64,000 nucleotides of DNA, taken from NCBI GenBank assembly GCA_027923505.1, contig BROI01000028.1, positions 1-64,000 on the forward strand, in the 5' to 3' direction. The notes under the pieces were generated by a model. The model saw only the letters and a program-made list of their open reading frames with translations. It did no database searches and was not told the DNA's origin. Origin of the DNA: Mayamaea pseudoterrestris. Taxonomy: Eukaryota. Position numbers and translations under genes: made by a program. Below are positions 47,030-58,824 of this stretch, piece by piece; position 1 is the first letter of the stretch; each line of letters opens with the position of its first letter.

Positions 47030-48084
47030 CTAGACAAGCTCGCTCCGTTGAGCAGGAACAACATAAGTATCCTCTGCCTTGTAGTAATTACCTGCATGGT
47101 ACGAGCCGTCATTCGCAGCATGACCATCGACTTGCTTCGTGGCGAATTGTTCGTCCAAGGTCCCATTCTTCTTGGCGCGACGCCAAATAATGAGCTTGAT
47201 TATGGCCAAGACGCCAATGAATGACAAGCAAAAGAGAATGTATGCAAAATCTTGGTAGACCATCAAGACTGCTGTTTGTCCGTACCAGCCATAGATGCTG
47301 TTTTCTATATCGCGATCGTCTGATTGAATGACGCCCTGCGGCAGCAGCACAATAATCATCAGTAGAAATTGACTCAAAACGGCCATGCTCACCACCAAAC
47401 CACTGTACGCCTCGCCATTGAGAAACACATATCCTCCATACAGTAACACCGCAATGAATACAAACATGGTGTAGCCATGGACAAAGGAAACGGCCGCCGG
47501 CGTATCGTCCGCACTTGTCAAACCATTCTCCTCCTGATAGCGCCGCATCTCCTCGCCTCCAGCAGACTGCCCGCCCAAAAATTTGTACCAGGTTGGTAAT
47601 ATGACTGCATTTTCGTCTTGATTGCCATTGTTCTGGAAGTAATAGTACTGTCAACGCCAACGGAAGAACGTAGGAATGTGAGATGTGGGTCCACCGGATG
47701 CAAGCGAGGTATCGATTGTCAACACTCCGCTTTATATCTTGCTTATACGAGACACACCATTTGCTTGCGACACTTCCATTGGTACCACGAGCAATTTGGA
47801 AGGTAATTGTATTCGTTATTGGCATCATCGTCGCCCTTGTCTTGCTGCCGCTCATATTGTCGTTGCTCATTTTCGTATTGAATATCGCGACCGTATGTAT
47901 TGTAGTAGGTGTTAGCGTTGCTGGACCATTTGATGCGAGGGATTGCTATAGCGGCAATGCCCGCGACGGTCCAGACGATGCAGAGTCCAAAGCCCAGCTT
48001 GCCGCCCTTGGGTCGATAGGCGCGCAGCTTCGTCGAGGACAATGGAAATGCGTCGACCAGGTTTTTTGGAATGGTGAATCGCAT
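47030..48084 (-). CDS. Hypothetical multi-pass membrane protein with N/D/Q-rich loop, one intron
   Basis: Exon 1 (MRFTIPK…TM…CSWYQWKCR) and exon 2 (NNGNQDEN… plus 3 hydrophobic helices); TTCCAG acceptor ~47632. Confidence 0.7.
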
Positions 48085-48416
48085 ATTTCCTTTAGCCTTT
48101 ATAAGCAGTACTGTAATTGAAGGAAACCGACAATGGTTGGGATCGGGATACCAACAAGTTGTGTCAAGCAGGAACGATGGGTGTGGTCGACATGAAGAGA
48201 CTGATTTGGTCGTGTATGTTGTTGTCGAGGAGGAAGCAATGCAGGCATGGCCCGCGTAACAGTCGTGACCGTTGCGACACATAAGTAGACGCGAATTTAC
48301 GTTGAAACGTCCCGAATCAAGCCGGGCCGTACCCGCTGTGACATCAAGCTGCGTGACGTCTCGTTCCATGATTCGACCATCGACCAAGATTTTGATCATG
48401 CACAGTAAGCACCGAC

Positions 48417-50186
48417 ATGGATATGCAGGAATCATTCGACGCATCAACAACATGTAGCAGCAAAAGCAAACAGAAAGCCGTCTTGGTACTGGCGAGTTCC
48501 GGTGGAGGAACCGCGACTCTTGGTCACACGGATCCAATTTCGCTGCTGCAAGCTATCGATGACGAGTTACGCAATATCCATGCACGCGTCGAACATGTTG
48601 TCTTTGTTAGTCTTTGCGATGGATCCGGAATGGATTTGGTTAATGCGAGTAAAAGTCAAGCCGTGTTGTATGAAGCGACCCGAACGAGTAAAAAAGAGCA
48701 AGACAAGCAGGAGCTGCAAGATCTTTTCCTTCACCCTGCAATCCGCGACTACATGGCCAAGCAAAAATACGACGAGCGATTCGCCAATATGATACAAATA
48801 TCAAAGATTGACGCAGTCATTTGTATCTCCTTTTCTCCAAATCAATTTCCAAAGACCTTGACGGCGGCCGCTCAGCGAAACATTCCAGTGACCGGTAGTG
48901 GAGGAACGTCACTGTCGCAGGCGGCAAGTTTGTACAATGTTCAGATCGTTGGAAACGCAGGTGGATCCGTTGCGACGACCTGCTGGACGAGAGCAGTATC
49001 CTACACGAGCTCATTGGCCAAGTATTGGAAGCGATCGTACACTGCAAAAGATCCAATGATAGCTCAAACGACATCGCCGACCATGTCGTCCGTTTTGAAT
49101 AGTTGTCTTGGAGCCTTTTGGGCTGTTTGTCTCTTGAAAACAATTATCATTCCATTCGCTGTTGCTGCAGTGTCAAAAGTCCTTTCGTATGACGCCAATG
49201 ACGATGTTAAATCGCTCCTTTACGCGCTGGAACACTGGTGCATTCCAGTCTTATGTTCTGTCGTCATGGCAACGTCTACATCTTGCCGCCAAGTCTCCAA
49301 TGCACCAGGACTAACCATGGCGGCAATCATTGCCAGTGCATCGTCGCATCAGTCCATGCTTGGTGGTCTGTTGGCTGGTAAACTTGTTGCCAGGTGGACA
49401 GTTCCCCTGCTTTTCGCCTGCGTCACGCGCAACGTTCCAGCTACCATGACCAATCTACTGACGAGTGGAGGTTTGGGCGCATTTATTGCCCTAATCCTGC
49501 TTCCATTGACGCCGTGGCTGCGCTACATGACAACCTTGATACGACTCGGCATCTATTGGACAGTTCAACAACCCGACTACCGCATCAACATGGTGATTGC
49601 AAGTGCATATGGAATGCTTTCCTGCTATGGGAGCAAAGTCGGCTGGTACCATTGCTGTCATTTGCCGCTCATATTAGTGGAAATGGAGCATGGCGACCCA
49701 AGTATCTTGGGCGCCGTCGACGAATTGACGCTGGTACTGGTGTGCTCTGGCGTTTGCCTTGGCAATCTGCTTGGCCGATCAACATGTTCTTCTCGCTACG
49801 GCCAAGTCCAAGACGCGGATGCGTCGCTCTGCTGGCGTGGCCTGAGGATCAATTTACTTTACGGAGATTTTGTCGAAGCATGCTATCCACTCATGGAAAA
49901 GAGTAGAATAATAAACGCTGCTTGCTACTTGGCCAGCGGGCTCTCATGCGAAGTTTTGTTTTACCCTTGCCAATCAACATCAGCAGCATCCGGTGACGCG
50001 GCAACCCTTGCTGTGACGAAAAGCATGGCGTATCTGCCTTGGCCGGTCTCTTGTGTTTTGGCTAGCGATCAAGCACTTCGATTTGTGGTCGCCAGTGCCG
50101 TCGCTGTCATCGTTCCAATGTGCGCCACCTTTCTGCACCATGCAGCGATCGCAACCCAAAGTCGTGAACAGAAAAAGGAGTGCTAG
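48417..50186 (+). CDS. Membrane protein resembling bacterial putative PTS sugar-transporter EIIC-like proteins, with a soluble N-terminal domain
   Basis: Uninterrupted 589-aa ORF; VLVLASSGGG, PVTGSGGTSLS, GGSVATT..TRAVS, GWYH..LPLILVEME.G, GLRINLLYGDFVEACYP; many hydrophobic helices. Family assigned from recalled motifs only. Confidence 0.6.
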   Translation: MDMQESFDASTTCSSKSKQKAVLVLASSGGGTATLGHTDPISLLQAIDDELRNIHARVEHVVFVSLCDGSGMDLVNASKSQAVLYEATRTSKKEQDKQELQDLFLHPAIRDYMAKQKYDERFANMIQISKIDAVICISFSPNQFPKTLTAAAQRNIPVTGSGGTSLSQAASLYNVQIVGNAGGSVATTCWTRAVSYTSSLAKYWKRSYTAKDPMIAQTTSPTMSSVLNSCLGAFWAVCLLKTIIIPFAVAAVSKVLSYDANDDVKSLLYALEHWCIPVLCSVVMATSTSCRQVSNAPGLTMAAIIASASSHQSMLGGLLAGKLVARWTVPLLFACVTRNVPATMTNLLTSGGLGAFIALILLPLTPWLRYMTTLIRLGIYWTVQQPDYRINMVIASAYGMLSCYGSKVGWYHCCHLPLILVEMEHGDPSILGAVDELTLVLVCSGVCLGNLLGRSTCSSRYGQVQDADASLCWRGLRINLLYGDFVEACYPLMEKSRIINAACYLASGLSCEVLFYPCQSTSAASGDAATLAVTKSMAYLPWPVSCVLASDQALRFVVASAVAVIVPMCATFLHHAAIATQSREQKKEC

Positions 50187-50760
50187 AAAAACGATGGACT
50201 TGTAACGAACTCTAGGATTAGCCCACTCTATCCGTACCGTAACATAGAACGCCTACTCCAAGATTGTGATGACAGTGAGTAGTATCCCGCGTGCTATAAT
50301 ATTATACATATCGGGGCTATTTTAGACCGTACTTCCGAGATGACATAGGGCAATGTAAAAATGTCAGTCTGACATTTTGTTGGCCATGCCGTTGATATTA
50401 AAGAGGAACTTTAGGTCATCGGACGTGTTCGCGTTAAAACTGTCTAGAGTCACCATAGTTCCGAGGCAATAATGTTTGTGGTCGATAGGCAATATAACAA
50501 AATTTATAAATGTCAATTCGTTCGAAGTGATACTATACCCTGGGACATTTACGGAGTAATTCTGTCATTGCCCAATGACGCGGCATCCGATTGAAACCGC
50601 GCCAGATGTGTCATCCATGTGTGTCATTCACGTGATTCGCCGCTTCCGGAGCGAGATGGTGGTGCCTCGCAAAAGTTCCCAGCGGACCATCGTCGTCGTC
50701 GACGTTCCACAAACGCAGCTTCGCTTTACAATTAAAACATATCCCGTTTACTCTGCTAAC

Positions 50761-51441
50761 ATGGACGAAAGCTTCTTTGCAAGCCTCTATTCAGAACAGA
50801 TGACAAACACGACAACGAGTTCAGCGTTGTCTTCATCCATCAAGATGGCAGCGTCCCCGTCGTCTCCTTCGAAATCTGTCACCAGTGAAATTGCTCCTCC
50901 CGACGATTTCATCTGCCCCATTTCGCTCCAGCCGATGGTTCACCCACTAACAACAAGAAGCGGCCTCAACTTTGAGCGGTCTGCCATTCTCAACTGGCTT
51001 CAGCAAGGAACTGGCGCCTGCCCGTTGACGCGTCAACCTCTCCGTCCATCCGACCTTATCCCAAACAAGCAGCTGGAAACACGCATTCGTTTCTGGCGCA
51101 TGCAGAATAACATTCCCGAGCCATCTGCAGATGACGACGACTTTGATGCTGTCGCATTTCTTGGTTTCCTGCCAGTGGGAGAATCAAAGACGATGGAGGT
51201 TGTTTCGCGTCACGAAGCTGCTCCAATGTCTCTTCGCGACGTGGCTCGGGCCGAGCTGCGAGCAAACCAGCGTACTGCCATTCACATGGCCGCGACCCGC
51301 ACAAGAGCTGTGGCTGCGGCTGCGGCTGCTGTTCCGGCGGTGGAGGTTGCATCCACCATGACGCGGCGACCAAAGGAAGGTCGTCGAAACTTTTTGAGCC
51401 GCATTTTAAAGCAAACAACGGAGGATTTAGAGACCCTATAA
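50761..51441 (+). CDS. U-box domain protein
   Basis: PDDFICPISLQPMVHP…G.NFERSAILNWL…CPLTRQPL…LIPN. Confidence 0.92.
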   Translation: MDESFFASLYSEQMTNTTTSSALSSSIKMAASPSSPSKSVTSEIAPPDDFICPISLQPMVHPLTTRSGLNFERSAILNWLQQGTGACPLTRQPLRPSDLIPNKQLETRIRFWRMQNNIPEPSADDDDFDAVAFLGFLPVGESKTMEVVSRHEAAPMSLRDVARAELRANQRTAIHMAATRTRAVAAAAAAVPAVEVASTMTRRPKEGRRNFLSRILKQTTEDLETL

Positions 51442-52021
51442 AGCCAATGCAAGCAGTAACTGTTATATAAAACTTAATAGAGAGAAATTTGCAACCAAAA
51501 TCATTCCGTAGCTTGGTTTATGTCCATACCCGTACCGTAGCAAGTTGCTGTCAATTGTCAACGTTAACGATCCATTCCGACGGGACATTAACAGCACCGT
51601 CAAGTCAAAGGAACACGCTGATCTTGACTCTCATTATAAAGGTGACTTTCAATGCTTTATCGTTGACAAAGTGACCACCTAGGGGTTGCTACGTTTGTCG
51701 AACGACAGGAATGTTGGGCAGGGGATATGGACCATGGACGCTCGCATCATCGGATCGAAAATCTTGCGGAAACCATTTTGGTGTTCTTGTAACCACAGTA
51801 AATGGCAAATTCTTACACTTCGAGAGAGTAGCTATTGAATGGCAGTTTTGACTGTCAGAAAGCCCAGAAAGATGAACGCAAATCCTGTTTCGGCGAGTCG
51901 TGGATATTGTGCATGAAATGTCTCATCGGTTTTGCAAAAGACGATTGCAAAAGATTTTGGACAAAGCTGCAGCAGCGCGGAGCGCAAAGGAAACTTGTGA
52001 TACACCAAAGCATTAGCAATC

Positions 52022-53551
52022 ATGTCCGTACTCTCCCTTACAAGCTTGCCGGAGGCATTCTTGCATCCAATCGCGTCGTATCTGGAAGGTCCCGAAGTCT
52101 TGAGCCTGCTGTCGTGCAGCAAAATGCTCCGCGACATGGGAATGAACGTTGCCTTTTGGAAAAGCCTCGCAGCTAGTATATCATTTCCACCTTTGATTTC
52201 AAATGCTGTAACACAAAGTAACATTGACTCCGTGGCTGACGCAAAGCAAGACTTTATGCAAGCAGCCTATTGCCGACTTTTACCAGCTGTGCGGTGGAAG
52301 AGGGAGCTGATCGTTTATTTTGGAGAAGCAAGACCGTCGGGCCGAGAAGGTCACATTGCCTGCCGACTGCACGGAGGAAATGATGAGAATGACTTGTTGA
52401 TAGTCACTGGAGGATTCACGGCTGACACTGCCATTTACGTGACGAACTTGAGCGGAAACACCTATACCGACTGGCGTGCCATGTATTCAACGATATCGAC
52501 ACCAATGGTCTATGGAGCAACGTTGACAACCCTTGATGCAACAAGAGCTCTCAGATTTGGAGGGTTTCTTTCTGGAGGATATGCAAACGAGACTCATCAT
52601 GTTGCAATCTTGACTGTCGATTATGATAATGGCTCTGCTCAATGGACGCCTCAGGAGACTAGCCACTACAATGTGCTTCCTGCATCCTTGGCGAGAGCCT
52701 ATCATTCAGCAACGCTACTACTGGGTCGGTATTTGATTGTGATTGGAGGAATGAAGTCGGGCGAATCGACATTGTACCCAGTGCTGTTGGATACCGTCAC
52801 TTGGACGTGGCACAATGTCGCGACGAATGGAGACGAACCATCTCCTCGCCATGGATGTTCCGTTGTTTTCGATGAAATTAACAACCGCCTCGTCTTGTTC
52901 GGCGGCGGTTCTGGATCGAACTTGCTTCACAGTGGAAATGACTTTGCAGAGGTATGGGAACTTGAAATGTCGGAAGGCTGGCGGAACAATCTTATCAAGT
53001 CATTTCCATGGAATTGGAACCAGGTGGTGAAGGACACATTACCGTCAGACGAGATTGCAGATGGTTCGCATGCTTCACTAGACAGCACCTTGACGCTGTC
53101 ACCCTCAGAGAAGCGAATTTTGGGCCGATGCCATATTGCCCATCACGTTTCTCCAACTAAAGTCGTCCTTGCCTTTGGTTCAGGAAGTCCATCGACGAAC
53201 GGCCTCATAATTTTTGACTTGGTGGCAAACACCTTTATGAGGCCTCGGCTCCTGGGATGTCTTCCTGTGGCTAGACTTTCGGCGGCATCTGTATACCTTG
53301 AAAACATGGGTTGTATTTTTGTGCATAGCGGTTTCTCGACGCAGCGTGAAGGTACTGTCAACGACGCACATCTATTGGACTTGGCGCCTGCACTGACTGT
53401 GAGTTCGCGCTTTGATGGTAGTTTTCAATTTACTGTTAGTCGTTCGAGTTACATTTTGAGGGCCCCGAGAAGGAGAAGGATTTGGGTTGTTCGGCCAATA
53501 AGACAGCGACGCAGACAACCACGCCCCTCCCATGGTGAAATTGACGATTGA
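52022..53551 (+). CDS. F-box plus Kelch-repeat protein (3' end may be spliced)
   Basis: N-terminal LTSLPEAFLHPIASYL; Kelch-like repeats REGH..GG, RAYHSA..IVIGG, PRHGCS..LFGG. Confidence 0.85.
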   Translation: MSVLSLTSLPEAFLHPIASYLEGPEVLSLLSCSKMLRDMGMNVAFWKSLAASISFPPLISNAVTQSNIDSVADAKQDFMQAAYCRLLPAVRWKRELIVYFGEARPSGREGHIACRLHGGNDENDLLIVTGGFTADTAIYVTNLSGNTYTDWRAMYSTISTPMVYGATLTTLDATRALRFGGFLSGGYANETHHVAILTVDYDNGSAQWTPQETSHYNVLPASLARAYHSATLLLGRYLIVIGGMKSGESTLYPVLLDTVTWTWHNVATNGDEPSPRHGCSVVFDEINNRLVLFGGGSGSNLLHSGNDFAEVWELEMSEGWRNNLIKSFPWNWNQVVKDTLPSDEIADGSHASLDSTLTLSPSEKRILGRCHIAHHVSPTKVVLAFGSGSPSTNGLIIFDLVANTFMRPRLLGCLPVARLSAASVYLENMGCIFVHSGFSTQREGTVNDAHLLDLAPALTVSSRFDGSFQFTVSRSSYILRAPRRRRIWVVRPIRQRRRQPRPSHGEIDD

Positions 53552-53758
53552 AACTCTTGGTTTGTCTCTCCCCGAGACGCGAGGCTGGCAGCAGAGCAAT
53601 GGCGCCTACGTATACCTACGTGTATATAGCACTTTGAACAACTGCAGTCATTGTTCTAAAAATGGGACCAAGACCTGTTGATGGCGACAAAATATAATCA
53701 TTTATAGGTTACGTTTTTCATTCCATTCTATAGTTACATGGTCGCTGCATATTCACAT

Positions 53759-54880
53759 CTATTCAATCACCGCCAGGCCGGCTAGCGATGGATCGCCTAG
53801 TACAGCCGTCAGTAACCCATCCGTTCCATACCATAGCAAAATTCCTGCCGTGAAGGGGGTCACCCAAGGAGCAATCTTGCCGTAGAAACCCGAGTTGGAC
53901 TGTCGCAGTTTGGCCAAGGCTTGTCCACCAGTCGATGCAACAAGCAGCAGCGGCGTCGAATATCCAACTGTGTAACCAAACAAGAGTGCTGCGCCAAGCA
54001 ATGGGCTCTTGCTTGACGCAACAAACGCTAAAATGGAAGTTAGCACAGGAGTCGCACAAGGAGATGCGACGAGGGCAGATGAACCACCGAGTAAAAAGGT
54101 TCGCAGCAAGGATCCAGCTTCGTCCTTTTCCGACTCGTCTTTCATGATGCGGCCAGTTCCATCAATCAATATTGGCTTGTTGTCACTATTGATTCCGCTG
54201 GTACTTTTTCCTGTAGTCAAACCTTTGAATGAGGGCAATGGAAAGTTGACAAGCTCCAGCAACTGAAACCCCATGATCAAACAAATGACGTTCGAAACAA
54301 CCGCCAAGATTATCCCACTTGCTCCTGCGGTTCCACCAAAGACGCCTCCAATCTCCGCCGCAGCTACTCCCAAGCTGCAAAAGACGACAGCTAGACCTCC
54401 AGCAAAGGCCAAGGTTGGCAGCAAGGCTTGTTGATCGTTGCGTTCACCCGCCGCCGTGCTAATGTAGGACATTGTCAATGGCAGCAAGCCCCAAACGCAG
54501 GGCGAAAAGCTCGTCAGCAAGCCAGCGCCATACATGATGGGAAGGCTTGTCATGAGATTGGACGGATCTTGCTTGAGAGAAAGGTTGGCAAGTGATCCAG
54601 CGACAGATTGGGCGTTGTAGACGAGTTCTTCCAGATTCACTGCGGCGGCTGCAAGTGAGGTTGATGAAGTTGCTGCTGCTCTGCTCGGTGCTACAAGACT
54701 GCTCTCTGATTGTTTCATTTGATTTTCTGCTGTCCTTGCCAGGTATGCATCCATCTGAGTATATGTATATGCGGGTGAAAAGGCCATAGAAGAACTTGCA
54801 GCCGACAGTAGCAGAAACGGAACGAGATGCGTACGTCGAGCCGGCCTCATTGTCGTCGGTATTCTTGCACGGCTTCCCAT
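53759..54880 (-). CDS. ccdA: Cytochrome c biogenesis protein CcdA (DsbD-type transmembrane domain), likely plastid-targeted
   Basis: AGLLTSFSPCVWGLLP and LVASPCATPVL redox cysteine motifs; signal peptide followed by AF (SSMAFSP). Confidence 0.92.
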   Translation of the reverse strand: MGSRARIPTTMRPARRTHLVPFLLLSAASSSMAFSPAYTYTQMDAYLARTAENQMKQSESSLVAPSRAAATSSTSLAAAAVNLEELVYNAQSVAGSLANLSLKQDPSNLMTSLPIMYGAGLLTSFSPCVWGLLPLTMSYISTAAGERNDQQALLPTLAFAGGLAVVFCSLGVAAAEIGGVFGGTAGASGIILAVVSNVICLIMGFQLLELVNFPLPSFKGLTTGKSTSGINSDNKPILIDGTGRIMKDESEKDEAGSLLRTFLLGGSSALVASPCATPVLTSILAFVASSKSPLLGAALLFGYTVGYSTPLLLVASTGGQALAKLRQSNSGFYGKIAPWVTPFTAGILLWYGTDGLLTAVLGDPSLAGLAVIE

Positions 54881-55270
54881 TGCTCTCGTGGATTTCAAGT
54901 CTGCGCTTTGCAGTTTGGTCTCAGTCAGAACGTTATAATCGCGCCAAAGGCAATGATCTGACAATGAATGCATCAATCGTCGCCATGCTGATGGTGGCGG
55001 CAAAAGAATCGCGCGATGACGCCGAAGAAACGTCGCGACGCCGCGCCGCCGCGCCGCGCTGAGGTGCAGTATAGTTGCGTCATTGGTTACCGCTACGACG
55101 TCCGTTTCATCGCATGCTGTCATGACGATGTTTCAATTGCCAGCTCCAGCTCTATGATAGCGACGCAGACAACACCGCTCCGGCTCGAACAAAGGAAGGA
55201 AAGGAATAGAGGCAGCTTATCCCAATTGCCTGATTGCCAACGAAACTTTAAGGTGAATGAGTTGGAGAAA

Positions 55271-56602
55271 ATGCGGTCGAGCTATTGTCTACCGCGATCG
55301 CGTTTGACGATCAGGTCGGAAGGCAGCCGACAAGGAAACAATCTGCATCGGTCGGGAATTGAACGACGCGTATTGCTCTTGCAAAGTCTAGCAATCTGTC
55401 TGCTTGTCGTTTTTACTTCAGGATTCTGTATAAAGAGCGCTTCTTCGGTATTAATACAATCGAGAGCTTGGCGCCGCTGCGAGGCCGCAAGGACAAGAGC
55501 CAGCTACCTCGCTACAAGCAACGACAAGAGCAGTGACAACAATGTCGATGCATCACCCACTCAGCCATCACTCGACAAGGGCTTCAACTTACTGGAACTC
55601 GCATCCGGTATTGTTCCACAAGGAACCATTGTCAAGACGGTTCGACAAGGCTGGCGCTTTGTGTGGCGACGCATGATGGCAGAGCTCGCGCCGCAGGATG
55701 CGCAAGGCAACTATCGCCGACCAACCTACAAGTTCAAAGGATGTATTGGACAAGCTGACTATGCTGACGAAGCAGGGCGGTATCATTTGTACGTTGGCAA
55801 TCCTTGTCCTTGGTGTCATCGCTGTCTGCTGGCTGTAAAGTTGATGGGTTTCACGTCGGACCAGGTTGGAGTGACGCGTCTTTTGGACGAACCGACAAAG
55901 GCTTCGCGGGGAGGGTGGATCTTCACCGACGAGCAACCAGATCCGCTCGGAAGCTACGACTTGCGCGAGCTCTACGATAAGCTTGATCCGGGCTACAAGG
56001 GGCGATGCACGGCTCCATTGTTGATTGATAAAAGGACTCGCAAAATCGTATCTAACGAGTCATCCGACATTGTTCGCATGCTTGACCTAGCAAGACTTGG
56101 CGGTTCTGCAACAACAAATCGTTTGCGTCTATACCCAGAGCACCTTGGCGCAAGTATTGATGCTACCAACGAGTGGGTCTACTCATTACTCAACGACGGA
56201 TGTTACCGATGCGGATTCGCAACAACTCAGCAAGCCTACGACCAAGCGTCAGCCGGTGTACGCCAAGGACTGGCAAAATGCGAAGCAATTCTGGAGAAGC
56301 AAGCATTTTTGTGTGCCGACGTCTTTACCGAAGCAGACTTACGCTTGCTGCCAACAATGCTTCGCTTCGACGGCGCCTACGCGCCACTGTTTCGAGCCGG
56401 TGGTGCTCACTTGAAATTACAAAGTGATTATCCGAACATACACCAGTGGATGCGCCGCTGTTGGAAGATGCCTGGTGTGAAAGAGTCGATTGATCTGGAA
56501 GATGCAACATCAAGCTACTTTCGACAGCTCTTTCCCTTGAATCCAGGTGGCTTGGTTCCGTCTCCTGTATCCGCATCATCTCTTGGTCTTGACGAAGAAT
56601 AA
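55271..56602 (+). CDS. Glutathionyl-hydroquinone reductase (YqjG/ECM4 omega-like GST) with N-terminal targeting extension
   Basis: GRYHLYVGNPCPWCHR, YKGRCTAPLL.D, IVSNESSDIVR, NDGCYRCGFATTQ.AY, ADLRLLPT..RFD, LNPGGLVP. Confidence 0.92.
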   Translation: MRSSYCLPRSRLTIRSEGSRQGNNLHRSGIERRVLLLQSLAICLLVVFTSGFCIKSASSVLIQSRAWRRCEAARTRASYLATSNDKSSDNNVDASPTQPSLDKGFNLLELASGIVPQGTIVKTVRQGWRFVWRRMMAELAPQDAQGNYRRPTYKFKGCIGQADYADEAGRYHLYVGNPCPWCHRCLLAVKLMGFTSDQVGVTRLLDEPTKASRGGWIFTDEQPDPLGSYDLRELYDKLDPGYKGRCTAPLLIDKRTRKIVSNESSDIVRMLDLARLGGSATTNRLRLYPEHLGASIDATNEWVYSLLNDGCYRCGFATTQQAYDQASAGVRQGLAKCEAILEKQAFLCADVFTEADLRLLPTMLRFDGAYAPLFRAGGAHLKLQSDYPNIHQWMRRCWKMPGVKESIDLEDATSSYFRQLFPLNPGGLVPSPVSASSLGLDEE

Positions 56603-58824
56603 CAATCCTTGTGTCTTTGTGCCCATGTCAATACAACAAACTATGGGACCAATCAGCACTGCAAATGCAATTGAGCGATACTTGAGTCTCAGGCTACTCC
56701 TAGGCGCGTACAAGTGAAACACGACACAAACGCCCTACCGGTAAGCCATTGTATACTAGAAGCAGCTTACTGGAACAATAGTTGCAGGACTTCTACAATT
56801 TGTACATAGCATACGCGCATGCCGCAGGCTCGCCCGCGTAAGCTACTACTCCGCATATTATGTGATACACTAAAAAGGTATCGGCGAAACCTTTACACTG
56901 GCGTCGTGCACAAGCTGCGTGGTCGAGTAGTCGAGTTGACTGACAAGAAAAGCGCATGCGGCGTACGTACGCGAATCTTTTCGATCGTGTATTTTACAGG
57001 GGCAATATTTGTAAATGACGTTAATTAGACATTTATAATGAAAACCACAGCCCCTCCACGAGCCATTGACTCATATTTGATATCAATTGGTGCATGGTGA
57101 CGAATGTGGCGCATGAATGGTCGTGTCTGGCGTCCATTTTTGGACAATTTCTCCGAATCATCGCTGAGTCAACCTCTTCTCGGGTATGGGCTCTTATGGC
57201 TCGACCCATCACACGAACCACTGCATTTTCTTTCGCCCTTGCTATTTACAAAGTCAAGTATACATAATGAACTATTTTCATCAACGCAATGGCGCTTCTC
57301 CACCCAGAATGCCTAGGAGAACTATTCAAGAACCATACATTCCTGACATTCCTGTTGACGACGCTGAGTCCGAAGAGTGTCCTCGCGATGTGGCTCCTCG
57401 CCAGCCCCGACGGTACATTGATACTCAACCTGAGCATCCAAGAATCAAGAGCGTGATGGGACCGTCACGTCAAGAGCCTCACAGAGATTTTCCGCAGAGG
57501 TCTTACTCACATACTGGGAGCTTGGGCACGAACAATGCTATTACTCTAAATACGCGTTGCACTCCTTCACGAGACAGCGTCATTCTGAACAAGTTGGCCA
57601 TTCCAGGACAAACGCACCCAAACTCAAAGCAAGACATGGACGTTTTCAACACGCTTCCATTTACAGTTACGCAACTGAAACTCATACTCCAGCAGTGTAT
57701 GCCTCGCCAAGCGTGATGGGAGATGGAACAAGCGATGATTGACAATGATCTCGTCGCGAGTTGCTCTACCTCAATTGCAGTTACAGCTACCAGATTATCA
57801 CAATCATAAATGAACATATTGGCACTGCAAATGTACATAGCAAAGTAGTAGGTACACCAGCGATGACTAAATCGTAATCCTGCTACTATAGAAAGTGTAC
57901 TCGATACAGTTGTAGCCGGATGCATTTACTACCACACTTGAAGAAGGTCGAGCACCAACACTAATAACGGACGTAGTGTACATGGCACTGTCTACAGGAC
58001 TTCGATACATTGTAGCTGTGTGCACAACTCCTCTCTCGGAGTGCCTATAGCAAACTAGCAAAAGGCCTAAGCGCTAGTGAAAGCAGCTTGCGCAAAAGCT
58101 TAATTCATTCTCAATGGACACTTCTTGTCGACGGTACATCAATGGTAGGGCATGACAGTAGAGGCGTCCATTTTGTAGGTCATGTGAAACGTGTTGGTCG
58201 TTCATGCGAGTGCTGATGACGGAAATGTGAGCTGTCTGTCGGAAGCATGAGAAGAGCTCACGCAGACTCGAAGCTTCCTCGTCGTAGTTTTTGAGGGGTC
58301 GTCAAAGGATTGGCGAAACATCTTCACTAATGACAACACGCCTTCCTTGGCACTGCGTCGATGCGTCGGCTTTGTGTACTGCTGCGTTGCTGCATCCATC
58401 GTCAAAAGCATCACAGATCACAGCCTTTTTAAGACATGCGCGCTGGCAGACCATGGACGCAATCAAATCGATTAAATATTGAACACTTAGCATGTTCGGT
58501 GAATGTACCATTAAACATCAATCAGCCGGTGGCTCCCTCGTTCAATTTCGTCGAGGCTTGCGGCCATGACTCACACAAGCCTGCCACTCACAGTGGACTC
58601 CAAGAAACTGATTTAAGCGTCATCCTGTGCGCTTTAAAAATCTCTCACGCTCGGAGGCTATGTTAGAATGCATCGAATGGGCTCCATGCTGTGAGATGTT
58701 GGGTGGATTAAAATACTTGTACGTCGTGGTGGTGATCGCATCAGATTTCGTCCGCAACGCGGCCCACGCACGACCACTTATGATTCCTCCAATCAGACTG
58801 AATGAAGCTTGTTGGGCCTTTTTT

